A stretch of 64,000 nt of DNA from positions 3,852 through 67,851 of the forward strand of contig CAMZEN010000001.1 in assembly GCA_947305775.1 (NCBI GenBank). Direction: 5' to 3'. The position numbers and the translations under genes are program-made. The notes below the pieces were generated by a model, which was not told the origin of the DNA, did not search any database, and saw nothing but the letters and a program-made list of their open reading frames with translations. Shown here in pieces: positions 19,032 through 29,317 of this stretch. The DNA is from an uncultured Verrucomicrobiota bacterium (GTDB taxonomy: Bacteria; Verrucomicrobiota; Kiritimatiellia; RFP12; UBA1067). Every line of letters begins with the position of its first letter. Position 1 is the stretch's first letter.

Positions 19032-21485
19032 ATGGCGGATAAACCTCTTTATTACGGATCGTCATCGCGGCCTTCATACGGTGGAGGCCCGGCTTACTAT
19101 GGCAAAGGTCCTGCTTATTACGGGAAGGGCCCTGCTTATTACGGAGCATCGCGCGCTTACGGAACGTATGGCGCCCCGCAGTATGGAGGCTCTGGCGGGG
19201 GTGGCGACGACGGATCGATCGTAGGTACGATTACGATAGGGCGCATGCTTCGCGTCGTGTCGCAGAGATGGCTTTCTGTCTTTGTGTTCCTCCTTGTCGG
19301 CCTTGTGGTGTCGTTCGCCGTCTACAGGATATCGCCCACCATCTACGAGGCGCAGAGCGAGTTCACGATGGACATGCGCCGTTCGTCCGGTAGTGCCGGA
19401 CGTGGTGCAATTGCCGAGGTTACTCCTGATTTCGGCAACAACTATGCCGAGATATTCAACACAAGGATTTCGGCATGGAGAAGCGACAAGATTGTGACGA
19501 AGATAGTGCAGCAGTATCGTGCAAGCCACCCTGCGGCTACCGTCTCGGACGAAGAGATCATATCGACTCTTGCCGGATCCAAGCTCGAGCTTCAGCGCAA
19601 TTCTCGCATCATTACCATAACTATTCGTTCCAAGACTCCGGCCCTTGCTGCAGCGCTTGCCAATGCATATGCCGAGGCCATAGAGGCGTTTACGGACGAG
19701 GAAAACAAGCTGCGATGCGATAAGGCGGTTGCTAACATCCACAGCAATGTTGAGAAGAAGCGCAGAGACGTCGACAAGCTGGCCAAGCAGATAACCGATT
19801 TCCGCACAGCTAACAAGGTGGACAATCTTCACTCCAGTCGCGATACGATACAGCAAGGGCTTTCTAAGACGACCACCGATATACTCGCCCTTGAGACTGA
19901 GGAAACCCAGCTCATTGAATGGGAAAAGATGCTTGCGAACGTCCAGCAGAATCCCGAGTCCTACGGAAACCTTTCGACAGGTGTTCCGCGTGCACAAGAA
20001 ATCGCAACCGAGTACAGGGCTTTTCAGGATGCATCAAGCGAATATCAAAGCATTCTCGTTGCCTACACAGAGAACCATCCGGAGGTCATAAGCAAGAAGA
20101 AGGCTCTTGAAATCGCCAAACAGAGGTTCCTTGACGCTGCACAGCGGGCTTTGCTTACGGGCCGCTCAATGCTGCAGGTCACCCGCAACCAGTTGCGCAA
20201 TCTCAAGTCCAAGCAAGAAGACCTTCGCAACGAGCTTGCCAGCGTGGAGCAGCGGATAGTGCTTGCGGAGTCTGGCCTGAAGCAATTGGAGACGGAGTTC
20301 GGCGTCGCCAACCATGTGATGGAGGATCTTATCCTTCAGGAGAACAAGGCAAGGCTTGAGGCCGAGTCCATCAACGAGATTATATCTGTTGGACGGCCTG
20401 CAAACACGCCCAACAAGCCAGTGCTGCCAAACCCGACAATTATTTTTGGTGCGGGCATCGTGCTTTCAGTTGCACTGGGGCTTTTGTTTGTTCTGGTGCT
20501 GGACAATCTTGAGGATACTGTCGTAAATCTTGCCGACATCGAGGGACGTCTTGCACTCAAGGTATTGGCCGTCTTGCCGCATGTAAGGCGCAAAAAACGT
20601 GAACAGGTCGCCAAGTTCCTGATTGAAGACAAGTATTCTCAGTTCTCAGAGGCTGTGGCAGGCCTTCGAAACCTTCTGGAGTCGCCGAGATACGAGTCGC
20701 TGTCGCGTTGCATGCTCATAATATCGACGCAGCCAGGCGAAGGCAAGACCATTACTTCTACCTCAATAGCGATATCTTATGCGCAGACAGGCAAGAAGAC
20801 CCTGCTTGTGGACTTTGACCTCAGGCGTCCGCGCGGCGCTAGGGTATGGGACTTGGAGTTGCCGGCGGAAAAGAGCTTCTCTCATGCCCTTAGCCGTGCA
20901 AACAGCGGCGAAAAGCCAAATTTCGCAGATTTGGCGAATGCGACCGGCGTGCCCAATCTTGACATAATATCGTCTCTCCCGCCAGAGGGAGTCTCGCCCG
21001 CCACTATTCTAGGCTCGCATATCGTACCCGAATTCTTTGACTGGGCTCGCACGAACTACGATCGTATCATAATCGACTCGCCACCTTTCGGTCTTGTCGG
21101 TGACGTTGTGTCGCTTGCTGTAATCGCGGACTCCGCAATCATCATGTGCTGCCCCGATCGCACACACTTCAAGCCCATACAGTATTGCTCACGCAGCCTG
21201 ACCGAGGCGGGCGCGAACATCCTTGGCGTGATTGTCAACGATGTTGAAGTTTCCAACGCATCCGCGTTTAGCCATTCGTCACATCACAGGCACAAGTATG
21301 GCTACGGCGGCTATGGCAAGGGCTACGGTTACGGCTATGGTTATGGCTATGGGTATGGATACGGCCCAAGACACAAGGACGATGGGGATTCCGAAAAAAA
21401 GGAGACAGGCGACAAGATCGACGCCAAGCCTGATGATTCCAAGGAAGGCAAACCAAACAAGGAGACCGAGGAAGATGTCAAGTAA
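19032..21485 (+). CDS. Polysaccharide co-polymerase / bacterial tyrosine autokinase (Wzc/GumC family)
   Basis: Two TM flanking a periplasmic coiled coil; [25 protein letters not shown]; C-terminal (YG)n cluster. Confidence 0.93.
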   Translation: MADKPLYYGSSSRPSYGGGPAYYGKGPAYYGKGPAYYGASRAYGTYGAPQYGGSGGGGDDGSIVGTITIGRMLRVVSQRWLSVFVFLLVGLVVSFAVYRISPTIYEAQSEFTMDMRRSSGSAGRGAIAEVTPDFGNNYAEIFNTRISAWRSDKIVTKIVQQYRASHPAATVSDEEIISTLAGSKLELQRNSRIITITIRSKTPALAAALANAYAEAIEAFTDEENKLRCDKAVANIHSNVEKKRRDVDKLAKQITDFRTANKVDNLHSSRDTIQQGLSKTTTDILALETEETQLIEWEKMLANVQQNPESYGNLSTGVPRAQEIATEYRAFQDASSEYQSILVAYTENHPEVISKKKALEIAKQRFLDAAQRALLTGRSMLQVTRNQLRNLKSKQEDLRNELASVEQRIVLAESGLKQLETEFGVANHVMEDLILQENKARLEAESINEIISVGRPANTPNKPVLPNPTIIFGAGIVLSVALGLLFVLVLDNLEDTVVNLADIEGRLALKVLAVLPHVRRKKREQVAKFLIEDKYSQFSEAVAGLRNLLESPRYESLSRCMLIISTQPGEGKTITSTSIAISYAQTGKKTLLVDFDLRRPRGARVWDLELPAEKSFSHALSRANSGEKPNFADLANATGVPNLDIISSLPPEGVSPATILGSHIVPEFFDWARTNYDRIIIDSPPFGLVGDVVSLAVIADSAIIMCCPDRTHFKPIQYCSRSLTEAGANILGVIVNDVEVSNASAFSHSSHHRHKYGYGGYGKGYGYGYGYGYGYGYGPRHKDDGDSEKKETGDKIDAKPDDSKEGKPNKETEEDVK
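19086..19148 (+). repeat. 3 x 21-bp coding tandem repeat (GPAYYGK)
   Basis: ggcccggcttactatggcaaa / ggtcctgcttattacgggaag / ggccctgcttattacggagca. Confidence 0.9.
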
Positions 21486-22557
21486 GAGATGCATAGTAAC
21501 CGGTGGCTGCGGTTTCATAGGGTCCGCCCTTGTTCGGCAGCTTGTCAGAGATCGTGGAGCTACAGTCCTTGTCGTGGACAAGCTCACTTATGCGGGGGTG
21601 CCCGAATCTCTCAAGGAAGTTGGTCTTGATCCCGCCACGCTGAAGTCGTCCAATCCTTTGCTGTCGCTTCTTGTAGCGGATATTTGCGACCAAGAGGCTA
21701 TGGATAGGGCTTTTGCCGAGTTTCGCCCGGATACGATCTTCCACCTTGCCGCCGAGTCTCACGTCGACCGTTCCATCGACGGGCCAGGTGAGTTCGTCCG
21801 CACAAACGTCGTCGGCACGGCGACTCTGCTGCAGGCCGCGCTTGGCTATTGGAAGACACTCGAAGACGACGCGAAGGCCGCGTTCCGCTTCCAGCACATT
21901 TCAACCGACGAGGTATACGGCACGCTTGGCGAGACGGGCTTCTTCACCGAGAACACCCCTTACTCGCCGCACTCGCCATATTCCGCGTCAAAGGCGTCAA
22001 GCGATCATATGGTCCGCGCCTGGCATGACACATATGGCCTGCCTACGCTCATAACCAACTGCTCCAACAACTATGGGCCTTACCACTTTCCAGAGAAGCT
22101 GATACCGCTCATAATACTCAACTGCCTTGACGGCAAGCCGCTGCCCGTCTACGGAAAGGGCGCGAACGTTCGCGACTGGCTTTATGTCGATGACCACGCG
22201 AAGGCGCTCATGCTTGTCAACGAAAAGGGCGTTCCGGGCGAGACCTACAATGTCGGCGGACACAATGAGCGCACCAACCTTGAGGTAGTAAAGACAGTCT
22301 GTTCGATTCTGGACGAGCTGAGGCCTCGCAAGGAAGGTCGCTACGAGGACCTGATAACCTATGTCAAGGATCGTCCAGGACACGACCTCCGCTATGCGAT
22401 AGATCCGGCAAAGCTTATGAACGAGCTGGGATGGCGCCCGGAGGAGAACTTCAATACAGGCATTCGCAAGACCGTGCAGTGGTATCTGGACAACGACTGG
22501 TGGTGGAAGCCCATTCACGAGAAGAAGTATTCCGGCGAGCGCCTTGGCAAGGGCTGA
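21475..22557 (+). CDS. rfbB: dTDP-glucose 4,6-dehydratase
   Basis: [62 protein letters not shown]. Confidence 0.97.
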   Translation: MSSKRCIVTGGCGFIGSALVRQLVRDRGATVLVVDKLTYAGVPESLKEVGLDPATLKSSNPLLSLLVADICDQEAMDRAFAEFRPDTIFHLAAESHVDRSIDGPGEFVRTNVVGTATLLQAALGYWKTLEDDAKAAFRFQHISTDEVYGTLGETGFFTENTPYSPHSPYSASKASSDHMVRAWHDTYGLPTLITNCSNNYGPYHFPEKLIPLIILNCLDGKPLPVYGKGANVRDWLYVDDHAKALMLVNEKGVPGETYNVGGHNERTNLEVVKTVCSILDELRPRKEGRYEDLITYVKDRPGHDLRYAIDPAKLMNELGWRPEENFNTGIRKTVQWYLDNDWWWKPIHEKKYSGERLGKG

Positions 22558-22602
22558 ACGTCGTCCCTGAAACTTTTGAAATCCAAATAATCCAGGAGTC
22601 AC

Positions 22603-23610
22603 ATGAACCAGGCAGAAAAGGAACGCCTCGCGAAGGTCGGCAAGACCTTCAACGCGAAGAGGTACATCGAAAACGAAATCAAGGCCATCCGTGAGCAGGT
22701 TGGTGACAAGAGGGTGCTGCTGGCGATGTCCGGCGGCGTTGACAGCTCTGTGTGCGCGGTCCTCCTCCACAAGGCGATCGGCAAGCAGCTCACTTGCGTA
22801 TTCGTCGACCACGGTTGCATGCGCCTCAACGAGGCCAAGGAAGTCAAGAAGGTCTTCAAGGGCAAGTTCGGCATCAACCTAATCCAGATCGACGCCGAGG
22901 AACGTTTCCTCGAGAAGGCCAAGGGCCTCACCGACCCCGAGCTCAAGCGCAAGTGCATTGGTGGCGAGTTCATCAACCTCTTCGCTGATGTCGCTCGCGA
23001 CCTGAAGAAGAAGCTCGGCGATATCGACTTCCTTGGGCAGGGGACGATCTACCCTGACATCGTCGAGTCCGGCGTCGGCGGACACAAGGCCGTGAAGGCC
23101 CACCACAACGTCGGCGGACTTCCGAAGGACATCATCTTCAAGGGGCTCGTCGAACCCGTCAAGTATCTCTACAAGGACGAGGTCCGCAAGGTCGGCAAGC
23201 TTCTCGGCATCCCCGAGGAGATGGTCATGCGCCAGCCTTTCCCTGGTCCGGGTCTCGCAGTTCGCTGCATCGGCGAGCTCACCAAGGAGAAGCTCGACAT
23301 CCTCCGCCATGCGGACTTCATCTTCCGCGACGAGATGCACAAGGCGGGCCTCGACAAGAAGGCCCAGCAGTTCTTCGCCATCATGACGAATGTGAAGTCA
23401 GTCGGTGTCAAGAACGGCGCACGCACCTTCGGCTACGTGATCGGCATTCGCGCGATCTCCACGCAGCAGTTCGTGAAGGCCGGCGTGGTCGAGCTTCCGT
23501 TCAAGTTCGTCACCATGGTCGCCGAGAAGATTGCGACCAAGGTGAAGGGCGCCAACCGCGTCGTTTGGGATATCACACCCAAGCCCCCGGCCACGATCGA
23601 GTGGGAATGA
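22603..23610 (+). CDS. guaA: GMP synthase ATP-pyrophosphatase + dimerisation domains only (no glutamine amidotransferase domain)
   Basis: SGGVDSSV, LGQGTIYPDIVES, KAHHNVGGLP, RQPFPGPGLAVR, DITPKPPATIEWE; SGGVDS starts at residue 43. Confidence 0.9.
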   Translation: MNQAEKERLAKVGKTFNAKRYIENEIKAIREQVGDKRVLLAMSGGVDSSVCAVLLHKAIGKQLTCVFVDHGCMRLNEAKEVKKVFKGKFGINLIQIDAEERFLEKAKGLTDPELKRKCIGGEFINLFADVARDLKKKLGDIDFLGQGTIYPDIVESGVGGHKAVKAHHNVGGLPKDIIFKGLVEPVKYLYKDEVRKVGKLLGIPEEMVMRQPFPGPGLAVRCIGELTKEKLDILRHADFIFRDEMHKAGLDKKAQQFFAIMTNVKSVGVKNGARTFGYVIGIRAISTQQFVKAGVVELPFKFVTMVAEKIATKVKGANRVVWDITPKPPATIEWE

Positions 23611-24563
23611 GTCGCGTCTTCATCGACGGCAGCGCCGGCACCACCGGCTTGAGGATCCGCGAGCGGCTTTCGTCGCGCGCGGATCTTGAGGTTGTGACGC
23701 TTCCCGAAGAGCTTCGCAAGGATCCTTCGGCCAGGCGCGATGCATTGAACTCGTGCGATATCGCGTTCCTCTGCCTTCCGGATGCCGCCGCAAAGGAATC
23801 CGTATCGCTTGTGGAGAGCCCGGACGTCGTCGTAATCGACACCTCGACAGCCCATCGCACGAATGACGGCTGGGAGTACGGTTTTCCGGAACTTGCCGGA
23901 CGCCGCGAGCGCATCGCAAAGGCGAAGCGCATCGCTAACCCAGGCTGCCACGCTTCGGGCTTTATCGCCCTAGTCGAACCGCTTGTCCGCGCTGGAATCA
24001 TCGCGGCGGACGAAAAGCTCTCGGCCTTTTCTCTTACCGGATACTCAGGCGGTGGGAAAAAGATGATTGCCGACTACGAGCCGAAGACGACAAATCCATC
24101 GGGGGGTGCGGAGGATCTCCCCCGTTCATTCCCGCTCTTCCAGGGCGGTCGCCAATACGCACTCGGCCAGACCCACAAGCATCTCCCCGAGATGGTGAAG
24201 GTGTGCGGACTCGACAACGCGCCTTGCTTTTCGCCGATAGTCGTTCCGCATTACAGCGGAATGGAGGTTGCGGTTTCGCTGTTTGGTCGCAGCCTTGCGG
24301 CTATCAAGCAATGCTATCGCGACTATTACGGGCGTGGCCTTGTTTTCTTTGCCGACGACCCTGCTGCCGCGGAAGGAGGCTTCCTCTCTTCGGCTGGGCT
24401 CTCTGGTAGCGACGCGATGGAGGTCTCGGCATACGGCAACGACGAGCGCGTAATTCTGGTCGCGCGCTTCGACAACCTCGGCAAGGGCGCTTCGGGCGCG
24501 GCTATACAGAACATGAACCTCGCCCTCGGCTGCGACGAGAGGATGGGGCTTGTGTGTTCCTGA
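23607..24563 (+). CDS. argC: N-acetyl-gamma-glutamyl-phosphate reductase (uncommon type)
   Basis: VFIDGSAGTTGLRI, IDTSTAHR, IANPGCHASG, FDNLGKGASGAAIQNMN. Confidence 0.95.
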   Translation: MSRVFIDGSAGTTGLRIRERLSSRADLEVVTLPEELRKDPSARRDALNSCDIAFLCLPDAAAKESVSLVESPDVVVIDTSTAHRTNDGWEYGFPELAGRRERIAKAKRIANPGCHASGFIALVEPLVRAGIIAADEKLSAFSLTGYSGGGKKMIADYEPKTTNPSGGAEDLPRSFPLFQGGRQYALGQTHKHLPEMVKVCGLDNAPCFSPIVVPHYSGMEVAVSLFGRSLAAIKQCYRDYYGRGLVFFADDPAAAEGGFLSSAGLSGSDAMEVSAYGNDERVILVARFDNLGKGASGAAIQNMNLALGCDERMGLVCS

Positions 24564-24868
24564 AGCTGTCGATTCCCGCAATTGCCGCAGCCGCGTTCAT
24601 GGTCGCTCAGCCGCTGGTGGACGAGGATGTCCTTGAGCCCAGCGTAGAGAACGAAGTCGACCACGCCTTGCGCATAGCCCCGACGAATGCGCCTCCGTGC
24701 GCCATTTCGCGCGAAGATGCGGTCGCGGCGCTTGTCGGAACGAACAGGCTCAGCGCTACGGAACGTGCGATAAGGCTCGTATCTGCGCAGAGGGCTGATG
24801 GACGCTGGCTCGTCGGCACGAACGACGTAACGACCGTAGCCGTCGGGTTGCTCGGCGAGCTGCGGTAG
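24554..24868 (+). CDS. Small hypothetical exported protein
   Basis: GTG start overlapping argC; signal-like N-terminus; LVSAQRADGRW resembles a prenyltransferase/QW-type repeat. Confidence 0.5.
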   Translation: MFLKLSIPAIAAAAFMVAQPLVDEDVLEPSVENEVDHALRIAPTNAPPCAISREDAVAALVGTNRLSATERAIRLVSAQRADGRWLVGTNDVTTVAVGLLGELR

Positions 24869-24891
24869 AATTTAGTATAATACCCCGACTT

Positions 24892-26739
24892 ATGGCTAAG
24901 AACGATTATGGTGCCGAGAGCATCAAGACTCTCGATCCGGTGACGCACATCCGCATGCGTCCCGGCATGTATGTCGGCGAACCCGGAACGGGCGCGATGT
25001 ACCACGACTGCATTTACATCCTCATGAAGGAAGTCATCGACAACTCGGTGGACGAGTTCGTCATGGGCTGCGGCAAGAAGATCGACGTAACAGTTAACTA
25101 CGACACGGGCGAGACGAGCGTGCGCGACTACGGGCGCGGCATCCCGCTTGAAAAGGTGGTGGATTGCGTATCGCAGATGAACACGGGCGGCAAGTTCGAT
25201 TCCGACAACTTCCAGTTCTCCGCCGGAATGAACGGCGTCGGCACAAAAGCCGTGAACGCGCTCAGCGAGTTCTTCGAGGTCAGGGCGTTCCGCGACGGCG
25301 AGTACTCCGAGGCGTATTTCGAGGAGGGTCGCCTGAAGTCCAAGAAGCGCGGCAAATGCCAGACGCGCGAGCCGAACGGAACCTTCATCCGCTACAAGCC
25401 GGACGTAAAGGTGCTGAAGCACTTCAAGGTGCGCGAGGAGCACGTGCTGAGGCGCATGAAGATGTACTGCTACGTCAACGCCGGGCTTACGATAAACCTG
25501 AACGGACACCCCATCTGCTCAGACCATGGTCTGGCCGACCTCATTGCGGACGAGGCGCAGTTCGAGAAGCTTTACGCGCCTTTCCATGTGAAGACGAAGA
25601 ATCTTGAGATCATCTTCACCCACACCAACCGCTTCGGCGAAGAGTATCATTCATTCGTGAACGGACAGTACACCACGGATGGCGGCACGCACCTCACCGC
25701 CTTCAAGGAGGCTCTCACAAAGGCGCTGAACGACTACGACTCGAAGAAGAAGTTCGACGGCGACGATATACGCGACGGGCTCATTGGCGCGGTCAGCCTG
25801 AGGATAATGAACCCTGTCTTCGAGGGACAGACGAAGATCAAGTTCGTGATGAACGACATCCGCGCCGACCTTGTCGCCGAGATGAAGAAGGCGATCGACG
25901 CGGAGCTCCACCGCTCTCCCGCCGAGACCGACAAGCTCATCGCGAAGATCGAGGAGACCGGCAAGATCCGTTCGCAGCTCAACACCATAAAGAAGCAGGC
26001 GCGCGAAAGAAGCCAGGCGGTGTCGGTGCGCGTCCCTCAGCTGAAGGACTGCAAGAACCACCTCAAGCTCGACAAGGTTAACAAGAAGACCGGCAAGGCC
26101 GAAGGCGAGGAGACGATGATCTTCCTCACCGAGGGCAAGTCCGCCGGCGGCACGCTCGGCAACGCCCGCGACGCTATGAACCAGGCCGTGTTCTTCCTGC
26201 GCGGCAAGTGCCTCAACACGTGCGGCCTCAACAAGGACGTGCTCTACAAGAACGAGGAGTTCTTCAATCTCATAAAGACGCTCGACATCGAAGAGACGCT
26301 CGACCACCTGCGCTACGGCAAGATAATCTTCGCGACGGATGCCGATGTGGACGGACTCCACATAAGGATGCTTCTCACTACCTTCTTCATGCGCTTCTAC
26401 CGCCAGCTCGTGACGGATGGGCGCATCTACATACTGGAGACGCCGCTTTTCCGCGTGCGCAACAAGAAGGAGCAGCACTACTGCTTCTCCGACGCGGAGC
26501 GCGAGGCCGCCATCAAGAAGTGCGGCAAGGGTTGCGAGATAACGCGCTTCAAGGGCTTGGGCGAGCTAAACGCGAAGGAGTTCAAGGACTTCATTGGCCC
26601 AGAGATGCGCCTGACCCCGGTAACGTGCTCTGATGACACCGATATCGAGAAGACCATCAAGTTCTACATGGGCGCGAACACACCCGAGCGCAAGGACTAC
26701 ATCATGGATTCGCTCGTCTGCGACTCCAGTGATTTCTAG
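24892..26739 (+). CDS. parE: Type IIA topoisomerase subunit B, probably topoisomerase IV ParE
   Basis: HIRMRPGMYVG, EVIDNSVDE, DYGRGIP, AGMNGVGTKAVNALS, LTEGKSA, ATDADVDGLHI, RFKGLGE; short 615-aa form. Confidence 0.8.
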   Translation: MAKNDYGAESIKTLDPVTHIRMRPGMYVGEPGTGAMYHDCIYILMKEVIDNSVDEFVMGCGKKIDVTVNYDTGETSVRDYGRGIPLEKVVDCVSQMNTGGKFDSDNFQFSAGMNGVGTKAVNALSEFFEVRAFRDGEYSEAYFEEGRLKSKKRGKCQTREPNGTFIRYKPDVKVLKHFKVREEHVLRRMKMYCYVNAGLTINLNGHPICSDHGLADLIADEAQFEKLYAPFHVKTKNLEIIFTHTNRFGEEYHSFVNGQYTTDGGTHLTAFKEALTKALNDYDSKKKFDGDDIRDGLIGAVSLRIMNPVFEGQTKIKFVMNDIRADLVAEMKKAIDAELHRSPAETDKLIAKIEETGKIRSQLNTIKKQARERSQAVSVRVPQLKDCKNHLKLDKVNKKTGKAEGEETMIFLTEGKSAGGTLGNARDAMNQAVFFLRGKCLNTCGLNKDVLYKNEEFFNLIKTLDIEETLDHLRYGKIIFATDADVDGLHIRMLLTTFFMRFYRQLVTDGRIYILETPLFRVRNKKEQHYCFSDAEREAAIKKCGKGCEITRFKGLGELNAKEFKDFIGPEMRLTPVTCSDDTDIEKTIKFYMGANTPERKDYIMDSLVCDSSDF

Positions 26740-26754
26740 TCCTGGTGGGGCCAC

Positions 26755-26784
26755 TTGACGCGGTAGGACGAAAAATAGTATACT
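26755..26784 (+). promoter_or_regulatory. Sigma70-type promoter of rpmI-rplT
   Basis: TTGACG(26755-60)-18 bp-TATACT(26779-84). Confidence 0.65.
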
Positions 26785-26859
26785 ACACAATCTTCCGTCT
26801 GGTTCGGGCCTTTCAACCGACTGCCCGACCGGTAAGGAAAAAGCAAAAGGAAAACTAAC

Positions 26860-27054
26860 ATGCCTAAGATGAAAACGAAGAAGTGCGCCACGAAGCGCAT
26901 GAAAATGTCGGCAACGGGCAAGGTTATGCGCTCGCAGGGTGGCAAGGCCCACCTCAACAACGGGAAGACCCGTGCTCGCAAGCGCAACCTCCGCGGCCGC
27001 ACAGTCACCGACTCCACAGTAACCAAGACCTACGCGCGCGCGCTGCAGGCCTAA
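26860..27054 (+). CDS. rpmI: 50S ribosomal protein L35
   Basis: [22 protein letters not shown]...[17 protein letters not shown]; upstream of rplT. Confidence 0.96.
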   Translation: MPKMKTKKCATKRMKMSATGKVMRSQGGKAHLNNGKTRARKRNLRGRTVTDSTVTKTYARALQA

Positions 27055-27071
27055 GAAAGGAACAATAGACA

Positions 27072-27419
27072 ATGCGTGCCACAAACGCTCCCGCTTCACG
27101 CGAACGCCGCCGCCGCCGCCTTGCCCTGGCAAAGGGCTTCTACGGCGCCCGCTCCAAGCTTTTCCGCACCGCCACCGAGGCGGTCGACCGCGCAATGCGC
27201 CTCTCTACGGAGCACCGCAAGCTCCGCAAGCGCGATTTCCGCCGCCTTTGGATTGCCCGCATCAACGCGGCGACCCGTGCGGAGGGCATCAGCTACTCGA
27301 AGTTCATCGCTGGTCTCACCAAGGCCGGTGTTGTGATCAACCGCAAGATGCTCAGCGAGATTGCCATCCAGGATCCCGCAGGCTTCAAGACGATCGTCGA
27401 GATCGCGAAGAACGCCTAA
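27072..27419 (+). CDS. rplT: 50S ribosomal protein L20
   Basis: [42 protein letters not shown]. Confidence 0.97.
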   Translation: MRATNAPASRERRRRRLALAKGFYGARSKLFRTATEAVDRAMRLSTEHRKLRKRDFRRLWIARINAATRAEGISYSKFIAGLTKAGVVINRKMLSEIAIQDPAGFKTIVEIAKNA

Positions 27420-27441
27420 GGGTCTTGCCCAAGCCGAAAAC

Positions 27442-27472
27442 CGCCGCGTCGCCTTGCGTCGCGGCGTTTTTT
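27442..27472 (+). terminator. Intrinsic terminator after rplT
   Basis: CGCCGCG / CGCGGCG stem followed by TTTTTT. Confidence 0.75.
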
Positions 27473-27530
27473 ATTATATAATACAACTCATCATAAAAAC
27501 CTTAAAAAGGCGTTTGAGAGGAGATCAATC

Positions 27531-27896
27531 ATGGTAGAAGACATGCAAGGCAAGGAAATCGAGGAAAGCAACGACCCGCTTGCGGCCGAGATTCGCGATA
27601 CCGACATTGTGTTCGACTGTCCGCACTGCGGAAAGAATCTGGTGATCGACTATCGTGGCGCAGGTCTGCAGATCAACTGCTCGGACTGCGGAGAGTCGGT
27701 GCTGGTGCCCATTCCAGAGGGCATGGAACTGCATGATCTTGACCTTGATGTAGGCGAAGTGCTGAAGCAGCTCTTCGCAACGCGCAAGAACTTCCAGAAG
27801 GCCGAGCTTGAGATACAGTCGCTTAAGGCGCGGCTTGTCCAGCTCAAGGAGGCCCTCACCGTAATGCAGGAAGTCGTCGCGGAAGGGCTCAAGTGA
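27531..27896 (+). CDS. Zinc-ribbon + coiled-coil hypothetical protein
   Basis: CPHCGK...CSDCGESVLVP, then heptad-like C-terminus. Confidence 0.75.
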   Translation: MVEDMQGKEIEESNDPLAAEIRDTDIVFDCPHCGKNLVIDYRGAGLQINCSDCGESVLVPIPEGMELHDLDLDVGEVLKQLFATRKNFQKAELEIQSLKARLVQLKEALTVMQEVVAEGLK

Positions 27897-28525
27897 GTCT
27901 TGCCGCGAAATCGCGGTTCGTGAACGTGCTTACGTTCGCGCGGCTTCCGCTCATATTCGTCTGGCTTGGCTTTGCCATCGCCCAGGAGCTCAAGGGCGGC
28001 TTTTGGCTCGGCGCGGCAGCATGCATGGCCATGCTCGCCTCGGGCCTTACCGACCTGTTCGACGGCAAGCTCGCGCGAAAGTGGGGCGTCGTGTCGACGC
28101 TCGGCAAGATGGCGGACCCCCTGATGGACAAGATGTTCTATCTCGTGGCGTTCCCCGCGCTCGTCTGGCAGTCCGGCCACCAGGACGGCGGCGAAGTGCA
28201 TTCGATGGTCCTGCTCGGGTTCACGATCCTATACATGATGCGCGACACCTGGGTGACGTTCATGCGAACCGTCGGCACGATGTACGGCGCCGACATAGCC
28301 GCAATGTGGCTCGGCAAGGTGCGCACCGCGCTTTCGTTCCCCGGGGCGGGATGGGTCTACCTGTACCTGGCTTTCCACAGCTTCGCGCCGGAATCTTGGC
28401 GCGGCGCCTGGCTCGCCAGCTGCTATTTCGTTGAGGCCGCTCTCGTCGTGCTCACGATCGTGAGCCTAGTGACCTACACCGCCGCGTACGCGCCGTACCT
28501 TGAAAAGGCACTTGCGCGAAAGTGA
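27893..28525 (+). CDS. CDP-alcohol phosphatidyltransferase (PgsA-like)
   Basis: NVLTFARL; TDLFDGKLARKWGVVSTLGKMADPLMDK matches the DxxDGxxAR...GxxxDxxxD signature. Confidence 0.92.
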   Translation: MSLAAKSRFVNVLTFARLPLIFVWLGFAIAQELKGGFWLGAAACMAMLASGLTDLFDGKLARKWGVVSTLGKMADPLMDKMFYLVAFPALVWQSGHQDGGEVHSMVLLGFTILYMMRDTWVTFMRTVGTMYGADIAAMWLGKVRTALSFPGAGWVYLYLAFHSFAPESWRGAWLASCYFVEAALVVLTIVSLVTYTAAYAPYLEKALARK

Positions 28526-28579
28526 GATTTGTGAGATAATATCCAACACCAACCAAAAATACAACTAAGGAAAAAACAA

Positions 28580-29314
28580 ATGAAAAAGCTGACCAATGGT
28601 TTTACCCTCGTCGAGTTGCTCGTCGTAATCGGCATTCTCGGCATTCTCATGGGCGCACTCTTCCCGGCAATCTCCTCCGCCATGCTTTCGGCGAACACCT
28701 CGGCCATGTCGATGCGCGGCCGTAACCTGTTCGTCGGCATCACCCAGGCCAACACCGAGCGCGAGGCTGCGGGCCTCGGCACCGTGTGGCCCCACCAGAC
28801 TCAGGCCGACGGCCTCAGCGACGACACCGACGACATCGCCGGCATTGCTGACGGCGGCGGCACGGCTACCGAGTACTTCAAGAACCTCTTCGATATCGAG
28901 CACTACGGCAGCGAGAACTGGGCTCCCTACGTGACCGGCGTCGACCTCGGCGTCCTTTCCGGTTCGGGCGTCCCTGCGATGGCCGGCGGCACCCTCACCC
29001 AGAACAACGTCGGCTGGAGCGTCGCTTCGGGCCTTACGCCTGAGATGGAGGACATCGTCCCCGCGCTCGTAACCCGCAACGCCGATACCTCCTCCTGGTC
29101 GTTCTCCAGCTCGGTCGACATGTCCACCGACAAGACGGAGCTCAAGCTCGGCACGAAGTATGCCGCGCCTTTCGCTAACAAGGCTTGCATCATCATCCAC
29201 AAGGGCGGTGCTGCGAACGTCGTGAAGGCGAAGTACGCCAAGAACTACCTCATCTTCAACAAGCAGAGCTTCACGATTCCGAGCGGCATCACGGTCAAGT
29301 ATCTCGAGCCATAA
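28580..29314 (+). CDS. Prepilin-type N-terminal cleavage/methylation protein (type IV pilin / T2SS pseudopilin-like)
   Basis: MKKLTNG|FTLVELLVVIGILGILMGALFP class III signal. Confidence 0.9.
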   Translation: MKKLTNGFTLVELLVVIGILGILMGALFPAISSAMLSANTSAMSMRGRNLFVGITQANTEREAAGLGTVWPHQTQADGLSDDTDDIAGIADGGGTATEYFKNLFDIEHYGSENWAPYVTGVDLGVLSGSGVPAMAGGTLTQNNVGWSVASGLTPEMEDIVPALVTRNADTSSWSFSSSVDMSTDKTELKLGTKYAAPFANKACIIIHKGGAANVVKAKYAKNYLIFNKQSFTIPSGITVKYLEP

Positions 29315-29317
29315 CAG

